From Sulfurospirillum sp. (GTDB lineage Bacteria > Campylobacterota > Campylobacteria > Campylobacterales > Sulfurospirillaceae): 64,000 bases of DNA. Positions within the stretch are counted from its first letter, which is position 1, and the number at the start of each line of letters is the position of its first letter. The translations under genes and the position numbers were made by a program. The notes beneath the pieces were generated by a model that saw nothing but the letters and a program-made list of their open reading frames with translations, was not told where the DNA came from and did not search any database. The DNA is taken from contig JASFYR010000008.1 in NCBI GenBank assembly GCA_045047115.1, forward strand, positions 32,001-96,000. Direction: 5' to 3'. This document shows positions 9,612-17,914 of this stretch, in pieces.

Positions 9612-10805
9612 TCATATATTTTTCAGTTCTTCAAAAATTTTAAATGAAATATTGAGTTTTGTATCCAAAGACAGCTTTGTTTCCTTTTTTTTGCTTATGA
9701 GAGTGATCTCGTTTTGTTCACTTCCAAAGTTATTGTTTTTGTCTATTATATTTAAACAAACAGCATCAAGATTTTTATTTTTAAGCATATCTTTTGCACT
9801 TTTCAAGGCAGTGTTTTTATCAAGTTCAGCCTTAAATCCTATGGTTTTTATACCGTTTTTTTCTATATCTTGTAAAATATCTCTGTTTTTTATAAGCTCA
9901 AGAGAAAATCTATCCCCCAGCTTCTCCTTTTTTAATTTTCCATTGAACTCTTCTTTGCAGATATAATCACTAACAGCAGCTACCATAAAGAGATAGCTTT
10001 CTTTTTTTAAACTCTTTTTTAAGGTGGCATAGACATCTTTTGAACTTGGAGCAGATATGATTTTTATCTCATTTGGAAGATCGCTCACGCTTTGCGTGCT
10101 GATGAAAGTCACTTGTGCGCCAAGGTAATATGCAGCCAGTGCCAGTGATTTTGCCATTTTCCCACTAGAGTTGTTGCTTATGTATCTGACATCATCTATT
10201 TTCTCTTTTGTTCCACCGCCTGTTATGATTATATTTCTGTTTTTCCAAAAAATATCACTCAAAACAGATGTGCAGATTTTGAAGTATATTTGCATAGGGT
10301 CTGCCATGGCCCCTATACCTTTATCGTTGCAGGCCAAAAGTTTGTTTTGCGCCTCTATGATTTCATAGCCAAAACTTTCAAGTTTTTTTATTGATTCTTG
10401 TGTGCTTGGATGTAGCAACATATTTGTATTTGCAGAAGGAGCTATAAGAACTTTTTTATTAAAAGCCAAAAGGGTTTGTATCAAGAGATTGTCAGCTATA
10501 CCATGCGAGAGTTTGTTTATGCTGTTTGCGGAAATTGGGGCAACAATAAATATATCAGCCCATTTTCCAATATGTATATGGTTATTGTCATCTGCCCAAT
10601 TTTCAGTCTCTGCATGTAGAGCTCTGTTTTGAGATATAGCTTCGAATGTCAAAGGGGTGATGAATTTTTTTGCACTTTCACTCATGATGACTCTCACGCT
10701 TGCCTTTGATTTTATCAGTAGTCTTATAAGCTCCAAAGTTTTATATATCGCTATAGAACCTGTTACACCAATGAGAATATTTTTGTTTTTCAGGAGTTCA
10801 TTCAC
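9612..10805 (-). CDS. coaBC: Bifunctional phosphopantothenoylcysteine decarboxylase/ligase
   Basis: GVTGSIAIYK, PSANTNM, LACNDKG, IDDVRYISNNSSGKM, GFKAE. Confidence 0.96.
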   Translation of the reverse strand: MNELLKNKNILIGVTGSIAIYKTLELIRLLIKSKASVRVIMSESAKKFITPLTFEAISQNRALHAETENWADDNNHIHIGKWADIFIVAPISANSINKLSHGIADNLLIQTLLAFNKKVLIAPSANTNMLLHPSTQESIKKLESFGYEIIEAQNKLLACNDKGIGAMADPMQIYFKICTSVLSDIFWKNRNIIITGGGTKEKIDDVRYISNNSSGKMAKSLALAAYYLGAQVTFISTQSVSDLPNEIKIISAPSSKDVYATLKKSLKKESYLFMVAAVSDYICKEEFNGKLKKEKLGDRFSLELIKNRDILQDIEKNGIKTIGFKAELDKNTALKSAKDMLKNKNLDAVCLNIIDKNNNFGSEQNEITLISKKKETKLSLDTKLNISFKIFEELKNI

Positions 10806-12100
10806 TGTTTTTCACCAAAAAATTTATAAAAAAAACCACTTATGATTTTCAGAGGTGCTCTGTTAATCGCCAGTGCGCCTTTTGGGATATTTTTGGTAAC
10901 AGTTGTACCTGAGGCAATTATGACATTATCTTCTACGCTAAGAGGAGCTACTAGTTGAGTATCGCTTCCTATAAAGACATTTTTGCCGATGATGGTTTTG
11001 TATTTGCCCTTTCCATTGTAATTGCAGGTGATTGTTCCGCAGCCGATATTTGTACCTTCATCAATTTCGCTATCGCCGAGATAGCTTAAATGACCGGCTT
11101 TTACACCTTTTAAAGTAGATTTTTTAACCTCTACAAAATTTCCAATATGTGTATTTAGTATATGGCTCTTGGGCCTTATTCTGGCCATTGGACCAATGTC
11201 AGAATTTTCTATAATAGAGTCCTCGACAACAGAGTTTGTTTTTATATGTGAGTTTACTATCTTAGAGTTTCCAAGCAGACTCACCCCACTTTCTATAGTG
11301 CTTTCTCCCTCTATAATGACTTCCGATTCGATATAAATGGTTTCGGGGAGTCTCATGATTACACCATTTTCCATAAACTCTTTTTTTATTCTGTTTTGCA
11401 TTATTTTTTCAGCTAAAGAGAGTTGGTATTTTGAGTTTATACCCATAAAAGTATTTTCATCTGTCTGCACTGCTTTTACTTTTATATTTTGGTTATTTGC
11501 TATTTTTATAAGATCGGTTATATAATACTCTTTTTGCAGGTTAGAATTTGTGAGTTTTTTGAGATTTTCATTTAAAAAAGTTACATCAAACAGATATACA
11601 CCGGCATTTACACTTTTGACATTTTTTTCTTTATCTGTTGCGTCTTTTTCTTCGACTATTTTTTCAACCTCATTTTTTTTATTCATAATAACTCTGCCAT
11701 AGCCGCTTGGATCTTCACATGTAAAGCTGCTCATTACAACACTTTGCTTCTCTTTTATTAAAGAGAGCATATCTTTTGCTTCGACAAGAGGCATATCCCC
11801 GTTTAATACCAGGACTCTTTGGTGTTTTGGTTTTATATCTCTTAAAGTTCCGCCGGTTCCTGGGAATTTTTGAACATCTTGAATTATATATGTTATATCA
11901 TCAAAATATTTTTCCATCTCTTTTTGTACTAAATCTGCTTGATGGTATAAGATCACTATAATATCATCACTGACTTTTTTTCCTTCTTTGATTGTGTGAT
12001 ACAGCATTTCATAGCCACTTATTTTGTGTAAAACTTTTGGTAGTTTTGATTTCATCCTGGTTCCAAAACCAGCAGCCATAACTACAATAGAGGTGCTCAT
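10802..12100 (-). CDS. glmU: Bifunctional UDP-GlcNAc pyrophosphorylase/glucosamine-1-P acetyltransferase
   Basis: AAGFGTRMKS..PKVLH, EYYITD, GNFVEVK, HLSYLGD, hexapeptide repeats. Confidence 0.97.
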   Translation of the reverse strand: MSTSIVVMAAGFGTRMKSKLPKVLHKISGYEMLYHTIKEGKKVSDDIIVILYHQADLVQKEMEKYFDDITYIIQDVQKFPGTGGTLRDIKPKHQRVLVLNGDMPLVEAKDMLSLIKEKQSVVMSSFTCEDPSGYGRVIMNKKNEVEKIVEEKDATDKEKNVKSVNAGVYLFDVTFLNENLKKLTNSNLQKEYYITDLIKIANNQNIKVKAVQTDENTFMGINSKYQLSLAEKIMQNRIKKEFMENGVIMRLPETIYIESEVIIEGESTIESGVSLLGNSKIVNSHIKTNSVVEDSIIENSDIGPMARIRPKSHILNTHIGNFVEVKKSTLKGVKAGHLSYLGDSEIDEGTNIGCGTITCNYNGKGKYKTIIGKNVFIGSDTQLVAPLSVEDNVIIASGTTVTKNIPKGALAINRAPLKIISGFFYKFFGEKQ

Positions 12101-12113
12101 AGATGTTTTCTCC

Positions 12114-12140
12114 TAAACAATATAAATAAATATCCGATAT
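12114..12140 (+). promoter_or_regulatory. Candidate sigma28 (FliA) promoter for motAB-fliP
   Basis: TAAA(12114-17)-N15-TCCGATAT(12133-40). Confidence 0.55.
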
Positions 12141-12296
12141 ATGTACCAAAATCACTGCAAATATGATGCAGTGTGCAAGATTAAATTATAACTAAAATTT
12201 GTTTTAAATGGGCTAAAGATATCTCTAAAAGTTGAGTTTAATCATCTTTTAACCCAAATAAACATAGAATAATACAGTTATTTTAAAGGTTAAAAT

Positions 12297-13061
12297 ATGG
12301 ATTTAGGAACCGTTGTTGGTTTGGTGCTGACTTTAGCACTTCTTTTTGGCGCAATGGCTATGGGTGTGGGTATTGGTCCTTATATCGATATACCTTCGGT
12401 TTTGATTGTATTTGGTGGAACTACAGGTGTTCTTTTGGTTGGCTTCAAAATGGAGCAAATGAAAAATCTTGTCAAGTACTTTATGATTGCTATCAAACCT
12501 CCTCAAGAAGATATTGGAGAGCTTATTAAAAAAATGGTTGAGTACTCAACAAAAGCCAGAAGAGATGGAATTTTAGCACTAGAAACTGATGCAAACAATG
12601 AATCAAATGAATTTTTAAAAAAAGGTCTCTCTATGGCAGTTGATGGCAACGAGCCTGATACTATCAGGGATCTGTTGGAAATAGATATGGACCAGACAAG
12701 TGAACGACACAAAGCAAATGCACAAATCTTTGATCAAATGGGTGGATTTTCCGGTGCTATGGGGATGATAGGAACACTTATCGGTTTGGTTGCAATGCTT
12801 CTGAATATGTCAGACCCCTCTGCAATTGGACCCTCTATGGCAGTTGCTTTGCTTACTACGATGTATGGTGCTATGATTGGAAATATAATAGGAGCTCCAA
12901 TAGCAAATATATTGCTTATCCGTGACAGCGATGAAATACTTGTAAAAACACTTATAATAGAGGGTATTATGGCTATCCAATCAGGCGACAACCCAAGAAC
13001 ACTAGAGGGGAAACTCTTATCTTTCTTGCCTCCAAAAGAGAGAGAAAGTCAGTTTAATTAA
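12297..13061 (+). CDS. motA: Flagellar stator A subunit (PomA-like)
   Basis: ARRDGILALE, GMIGTLIGLVAML, AVALLTTMYG, GDNPR. Confidence 0.93.
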   Translation: MDLGTVVGLVLTLALLFGAMAMGVGIGPYIDIPSVLIVFGGTTGVLLVGFKMEQMKNLVKYFMIAIKPPQEDIGELIKKMVEYSTKARRDGILALETDANNESNEFLKKGLSMAVDGNEPDTIRDLLEIDMDQTSERHKANAQIFDQMGGFSGAMGMIGTLIGLVAMLLNMSDPSAIGPSMAVALLTTMYGAMIGNIIGAPIANILLIRDSDEILVKTLIIEGIMAIQSGDNPRTLEGKLLSFLPPKERESQFN

Positions 13062-13063
13062 TT

Positions 13064-13855
13064 ATGGGTAAAAAAGCAAAACCATGTGATTGTCCTAAGT
13101 GTATGCCGGGATGGCTGGCTGCATTTGGTGACTTGATGTCACTGCTTCTATGTTTTTTTGTATTGTTGCTTTCTATGTCAACAATGGATGCAAAAAAAAT
13201 ACAAGAAGCTATAGGCTCTTTAGCGGGGGCACTAAGTGTCCTTGAGGGTGGTACCAAGATGGATATAAGCAGAGAGAAACAGCAGCAAATAGAGACTGTC
13301 AATGTAAAAAGCAAAGACAGGACAACAAACAGTGTAACTTCTGCGATAAGCAAGACAATAAAAGAGGTAAATGAGATTTTAAAGGCTACAGGATCTCCGC
13401 AAGTGACACTTGAAGAGGCACAGAGCGGGTTCACCATAAGACTGCCTGGAGCACTTTTGTTTAAGCCAGGATCTGCCAAAATAGAAAATCAAGACGCAAT
13501 ACTGTTTCTAAAAAGAATTGCTCTTATAATAGAAAAATTACCTGAAAATCTTCACATAAATGTTGTTGGCTATACGGATGATACTATGCCTGATGCAAAA
13601 TCTCCATATAGAGATAATTGGGATCTCTCAACTGCCAGAGGAGTAAGTGTTGTCAAGGAGTTGATTAAAGATAAAATTTCTCCAAAAAGACTTCTTGCCG
13701 GTGGCAAGGCTCAGTACGATCCTATTGCTTCTAATGCAACTATGCAGGGTAAGGCTAAAAACAGAAGGGTAGAGTTGAAATTTTACTCTATAACAAACAA
13801 AAATAAAGATAGAGCTAAAAAAAGCATACTTGATATGAAAAAACAAGAGAAATAA
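13064..13855 (+). CDS. motB: Flagellar stator B subunit (PomB-like) with OmpA-type peptidoglycan-binding domain
   Basis: WLAAFGDLMSLLLCFFVLL, GYTDD, NWDLSTARG, NRRVE. Confidence 0.93.
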   Translation: MGKKAKPCDCPKCMPGWLAAFGDLMSLLLCFFVLLLSMSTMDAKKIQEAIGSLAGALSVLEGGTKMDISREKQQQIETVNVKSKDRTTNSVTSAISKTIKEVNEILKATGSPQVTLEEAQSGFTIRLPGALLFKPGSAKIENQDAILFLKRIALIIEKLPENLHINVVGYTDDTMPDAKSPYRDNWDLSTARGVSVVKELIKDKISPKRLLAGGKAQYDPIASNATMQGKAKNRRVELKFYSITNKNKDRAKKSILDMKKQEK

Positions 13856-14590
13856 TTGAAAAAAAGTATATTTGTTTTTCTACTCTTTATACCCGTTTTT
13901 ATATTTGGAGCAGATACGATACCAACAGTCAATCTTTCTTTGAGCGCTCCCACAAGTCCCCAGCAGTTGGTTACAAGTTTAAATCTTCTGGTTGTCTTGA
14001 CAGTACTTGTGCTTGCCCCGTCAATTTTATTTATGATGACAAGTTTTTTGAGACTGGTTATAGTATTTTCTTTTTTGAGACAGGCTCTGGGAACTCAGCA
14101 AATGCCTCCAAGCAATATCTTGGTCTCTTTGGCTCTTATACTTACATTTTTTATCATGGAGCCGGTGGCTACCAAATCATATGATACAGCGATAAAACCA
14201 TATCTTGCAAAACAGATGGGATATCAAGAAGCTTTTACAAAAGCTGTTGAGCCATTTAAATCTTTTATGATTAGAAACACAAGAGAGAAAGATTTAGCAC
14301 TTTTTTTTAGAATTAGAAAACTAAATAATCCTAAAAATATTCAAGATGTTCCTCTTACTGTTGCAGTTCCTGCATTTATGATTAGTGAGTTGAAGACTGC
14401 TTTTGAGATTGGGTTTTTACTTTACCTTCCGTTTTTGGTGATTGATATGGTTGTGAGTTCTGTCCTTATGAGTATGGGTATGATGATGCTACCGCCAGTG
14501 ATGATATCTTTGCCGTTTAAGCTTTTGATATTTGTAATGGTAGATGGTTGGAATCTTTTAGTCGGTAGTCTGGTTGCGAGTTTTCATTGA
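13856..14590 (+). CDS. fliP: Flagellar export gate protein FliP
   Basis: LRQALGTQQMPP, PAFMISELKTAF, MGMMMLPP, DGWNL. Confidence 0.97.
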   Translation: MKKSIFVFLLFIPVFIFGADTIPTVNLSLSAPTSPQQLVTSLNLLVVLTVLVLAPSILFMMTSFLRLVIVFSFLRQALGTQQMPPSNILVSLALILTFFIMEPVATKSYDTAIKPYLAKQMGYQEAFTKAVEPFKSFMIRNTREKDLALFFRIRKLNNPKNIQDVPLTVAVPAFMISELKTAFEIGFLLYLPFLVIDMVVSSVLMSMGMMMLPPVMISLPFKLLIFVMVDGWNLLVGSLVASFH

Positions 14591-14620
14591 CATGACTCTA
14601 TATGAATAGAGCCATGTCAA
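14587..14620. terminator. Hairpin between the convergent fliP and lipoprotein genes
   Basis: ttgacatgactctat-atga-atagagccatgtcaa, 15-bp stem with one mismatch. Confidence 0.65.
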
Positions 14621-14625
14621 ATAGT

Positions 14626-14892
14626 TTATTTTTTTGGGCATCCGTTAGATTTTACAATAGTTAAAAAAGGAGTATTTGGACATTTGTCATAAATGTCTAT
14701 CACTCCATCGTTATCGCTATCTACGGCACATCCATATTTATCCACAAGTGCAAGTTTGGGTGTATTTTTACAGATATCACTCTTATTGCTTACTCCATCT
14801 TGATCATCATCTGTGTTTATTAGATTTTTGGTGGCACACCCACTTACTAAAATAGTAAAAATCAAAGATAAAAAAATAGAGTGTCTAGTCAT
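14626..14892 (-). CDS. Small lipoprotein with thrombospondin type 3 (DxDxDG) repeats
   Basis: Lipobox LVSG-C; DDDQDGV..DICKNTP and DSDNDGVIDIYDKCPNTP. Confidence 0.8.
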   Translation of the reverse strand: MTRHSIFLSLIFTILVSGCATKNLINTDDDQDGVSNKSDICKNTPKLALVDKYGCAVDSDNDGVIDIYDKCPNTPFLTIVKSNGCPKK

Positions 14893-15410
14893 TAAAATAC
14901 TCCTCCGCCCATTCCACCACCGGAACCCCCCATTCCACCACCGGAACCCCCCATTCCACCTTCTGAGGCACCGCCTATTCCTATGCCCATATTTCCCATG
15001 CTCTCTTCTGCTTTGCTACCGAAAGAATTCTTTTCTGAATTTTTAGAGTTTTGCGCTTTTTCCATCATGCTTTGTGTTTCAGTTTTTTGTTGATGAATTT
15101 TATCTAATACGCTTTTGATTTTTTCTGCTCTTTCTGCTTTTTTAGAGGAAGAGATTTTGGCTTTTATAGCATTCATATACTTATATCTATACTGATTTTG
15201 CGCTTTATTCATTTTAGCAATCAACTCATCTATACTTGTGCTGCTTGCGATATCCTGATTTACAGTTGTTTCTTCACTTGTCTGTGTTGAAGTATCTGTA
15301 TTTTGTGTACTTGTTGTAGTATCCGTACCGGATGTTTGTGTAGCTTCTGCAGCATAAATTGAACTTGATAGCGTCAATAGAGCGCAGATAAGTAAATTTT
15401 TTGCATTCAT
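14892..15410 (-). CDS. Secreted protein with Thr/Ser-rich N-terminus and Gly/Met-rich C-terminal tail
   Basis: Signal peptide ending IYA-A, SD AAGGA upstream, helical core ELIAKMNKAQNQYRYKYMNAIK. Confidence 0.8.
   Translation of the reverse strand: MNAKNLLICALLTLSSSIYAAEATQTSGTDTTTSTQNTDTSTQTSEETTVNQDIASSTSIDELIAKMNKAQNQYRYKYMNAIKAKISSSKKAERAEKIKSVLDKIHQQKTETQSMMEKAQNSKNSEKNSFGSKAEESMGNMGIGIGGASEGGMGGSGGGMGGSGGGMGGGVF
14908..14960. repeat. 21-bp tandem repeat (about 2.5 copies) encoding GGMGGSG
   Basis: cccattccacc recurs at 14908, 14929 and 14950. Confidence 0.9.
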
Positions 15411-15438
15411 TTTATATCCTTTATGTTTTAATGCTGAA

Positions 15439-15470
15439 ATTATGGCACATAAATGTTACCTGAGTGTTAC
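15439..15470 (-). promoter_or_regulatory. Candidate OmpR-family response-regulator box plus -10 element
   Basis: Minus strand GTAACA-N5-GTAACA-N5-GTGCCA running into CATAAT. Confidence 0.55.
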
Positions 15471-16490
15471 TTTAATCTTGGTTCCGATATTTTTAATGCT
15501 TTGTATTTCTATTTTGTATTTTAATTTATCAACATTTTTTTTGACTATATTCAGTCCCAGTCCTATGCCACGATCACTCTCTTTATAGTACCTTTGAAAA
15601 ACTTTTTTAGGATTTTTTATGCCTATGCCCGTATCTTCTATTGTTATCTGTTTTTCATCAACTGTTATAGATACTTTTCCATTTTCTCTATTATACTTAC
15701 AGGCATTTGAAATTAAATTATCTAAGATTCTACTTATTGCGTCATATGAAGTATATAAAAAATCAATATAAATATGGCTTGTAAAATTTATATCCGGATA
15801 GAGATATTGATAGAAAGATATTTTTTCACTAATCATATCTTTTATATTTACCTCGCTGATTTTTAGAGGAGTCTCTTTTATTAGTGATTCTAGATTGCCA
15901 TATAGTGAACCGATTTTTTTAACTGAAAATTCAATCCTCTTGATGGCTTCAACTGAAGGTTTTTGTTTTATTATTGTTAAATTCAAAAGAATTGAAGAGA
16001 TGGGTGTGTTTAGATCATGAATTATATCTTTGAGAAATTCATCTAGTAAAAAAAGTGCTTTTTTCAGAGGATTGATTGCAAAAAGTGAGTACATAATCGA
16101 AAGCAGTAAAAGCACCAATCCACTTAATAAAAAGTAGATAAAAGCTTTTTGTTTTATTTTTTCTATGCTGTTTTTGTATCTTTTATAAGGATATATGATC
16201 ATAAGAGAGTTTTTTTTAGAGTTTGGTATATCAAAATATGCAAATATTTTATTATTTGTTATATGTAGGCTATAGAGTTCATTTATGTTTTTAAATGGAA
16301 CTATATCGATAGTCATATCTTTATCTTTAAAATTGTAGTTGTATAGTTTGATTTTGTTAAATATCTCTACATGCAGTGAAGCCTTTTGCTCGTTAAAATA
16401 GAAGAAAAATATGATACTATTTAAGAACAGAAGAGTAGTAAAAAACAGAGTAAAACTCTTTAGAAAGGACTCTTTTTCATATCTCTTCAA
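15456..16490 (-). CDS. Two-component sensor histidine kinase
   Basis: Two TM segments; H-box IIHDLNTPIS, N-box NLISNACKY, DTGIG, GIGLGL. Confidence 0.95.
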   Translation of the reverse strand: MKRYEKESFLKSFTLFFTTLLFLNSIIFFFYFNEQKASLHVEIFNKIKLYNYNFKDKDMTIDIVPFKNINELYSLHITNNKIFAYFDIPNSKKNSLMIIYPYKRYKNSIEKIKQKAFIYFLLSGLVLLLLSIMYSLFAINPLKKALFLLDEFLKDIIHDLNTPISSILLNLTIIKQKPSVEAIKRIEFSVKKIGSLYGNLESLIKETPLKISEVNIKDMISEKISFYQYLYPDINFTSHIYIDFLYTSYDAISRILDNLISNACKYNRENGKVSITVDEKQITIEDTGIGIKNPKKVFQRYYKESDRGIGLGLNIVKKNVDKLKYKIEIQSIKNIGTKIKVTLR

Positions 16491-17112
16491 GACGGTATCC
16501 TTGTCCTCTTATATTTGAAATATCAATATTTAGATTTTTCTTAATCTTGGAAAGATGAACTCTAAGAGCCAAATCGGTTGGTTTTTCCATAACATCAAAG
16601 AGTTCATTTTTATTTAATACTTTGCCGATATTTTTAAGAAACAGTAAAAAAATCTCTTTATCGATTTGGGGAAGTTTTACGATTTGATTGTCTTGTTTTA
16701 TGGTAAAATCTTCAGTATCAAACTCTATATTTGCATATTTAATTTTTGAATCTTTGATGTTCAATTTTGCGCTTATTCTTATAAGCAGTTCATCAAAGTC
16801 AAAAGGTTTTTTTATATAATCATCAGCTCCGGAATTAAATCCTTTGGAGAGTGATTCTATATCTCTTAAGGCTGTTATAAAAAAAGCCGGTGTTTTATCT
16901 CCACTGTCGCGAAGCTCTTTTAAAAAATCAAAACCATTAAGAAAGGGTACATTGACATCCAAAAGATAGAGATCAAATCTATTTTCAAAAGAGAGATCAA
17001 GTGCAGCATTTCCATTTTTTGCCAATAATACCTGGTATCCTTGGGCAGCAAGTAGTTCTTTAAGTGTTTGAGATAAAATCTCATCATCTTCCAAAAGTAA
17101 AATTCTATACAA
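16477..17112 (-). CDS. OmpR-family response regulator
   Basis: ILLLEDD, LLDVNVP, GADDYIKKPF, winged-helix end NIRGQGY. Confidence 0.95.
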   Translation of the reverse strand: MYRILLLEDDEILSQTLKELLAAQGYQVLLAKNGNAALDLSFENRFDLYLLDVNVPFLNGFDFLKELRDSGDKTPAFFITALRDIESLSKGFNSGADDYIKKPFDFDELLIRISAKLNIKDSKIKYANIEFDTEDFTIKQDNQIVKLPQIDKEIFLLFLKNIGKVLNKNELFDVMEKPTDLALRVHLSKIKKNLNIDISNIRGQGYRLEEI

Positions 17113-17114
17113 GT

Positions 17115-17906
17115 TTAATCCTTCATCTTTTTTTCTAATCTTCTTGAATACAAAGATATCGGGTATGTTAAAAGAAGATATCCTATAGCCAAAGGTATAT
17201 AGCTTTCCAGTGTAGAAAAGGTATAAGAGTTTACTTCTTGGGCATTCATGGTAAATTCATTTACTGATATGATTGACAAAAGCGAAGAGTCTTTGATGAT
17301 GGATGCAAATTGACCTGTGAGAGGAGGTATTATCCTCTTGTACGCTTGTGGAAATATAATGTATCTGTATGTTTGAAAAGGCGTAAAACCAAGAGAAAGA
17401 CCCGTCTCGTACTGTTCTTTTGATATGCTAAATATCGCTGCTCTTATGATTTCACTTATGTATGCACCAGAGAAGATGGCTAAAATTAAAACCCCTGCTA
17501 TATATCTGTTATCAAGTCCCAGATTTGCGGCAACTACATAAAAAAATATCAAGATTTGCACTAATAGAGGTGTTCCTCTTATGGTTTCTACATAAAATCT
17601 TGAAAAGAAACGAAGTAAAATTATCTTTGAATTTTGTCCGTAAGCAAAGAACAAGCCTATGAAAAAACTCAAAATAAGAGCAAAAAAAGATATATAGACA
17701 GTTGTAAAAAACCCATCAATAAACTTTTGTCTATACTCATATATACTTTGCCAGTTAAAATTATACTCTGTACCGACAAACATAAAGTAGAAGAACAGAC
17801 CTATAATTGAAAATAGTAATATAAAATTAAAAATGTAAACTACAGCTTTAATTTTTGCATCTTCTTTGTATCCAATTTTTTCTATAAATAGATTTCTAAA
17901 TTTAAT
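17115..17906 (-). CDS. Polar amino-acid ABC transporter permease (start probably ATT at 17906; first ATG at 17783)
   Basis: RGTPLLVQI, AYISEIIRA, IIKDSSL; frame open 41 codons upstream of the ATG to an ATT 5 nt after AGGAG. Confidence 0.9.
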   Translation of the reverse strand: MKFRNLFIEKIGYKEDAKIKAVVYIFNFILLFSIIGLFFYFMFVGTEYNFNWQSIYEYRQKFIDGFFTTVYISFFALILSFFIGLFFAYGQNSKIILLRFFSRFYVETIRGTPLLVQILIFFYVVAANLGLDNRYIAGVLILAIFSGAYISEIIRAAIFSISKEQYETGLSLGFTPFQTYRYIIFPQAYKRIIPPLTGQFASIIKDSSLLSIISVNEFTMNAQEVNSYTFSTLESYIPLAIGYLLLTYPISLYSRRLEKKMKD

Positions 17907-17914
17907 ATTCTCTC

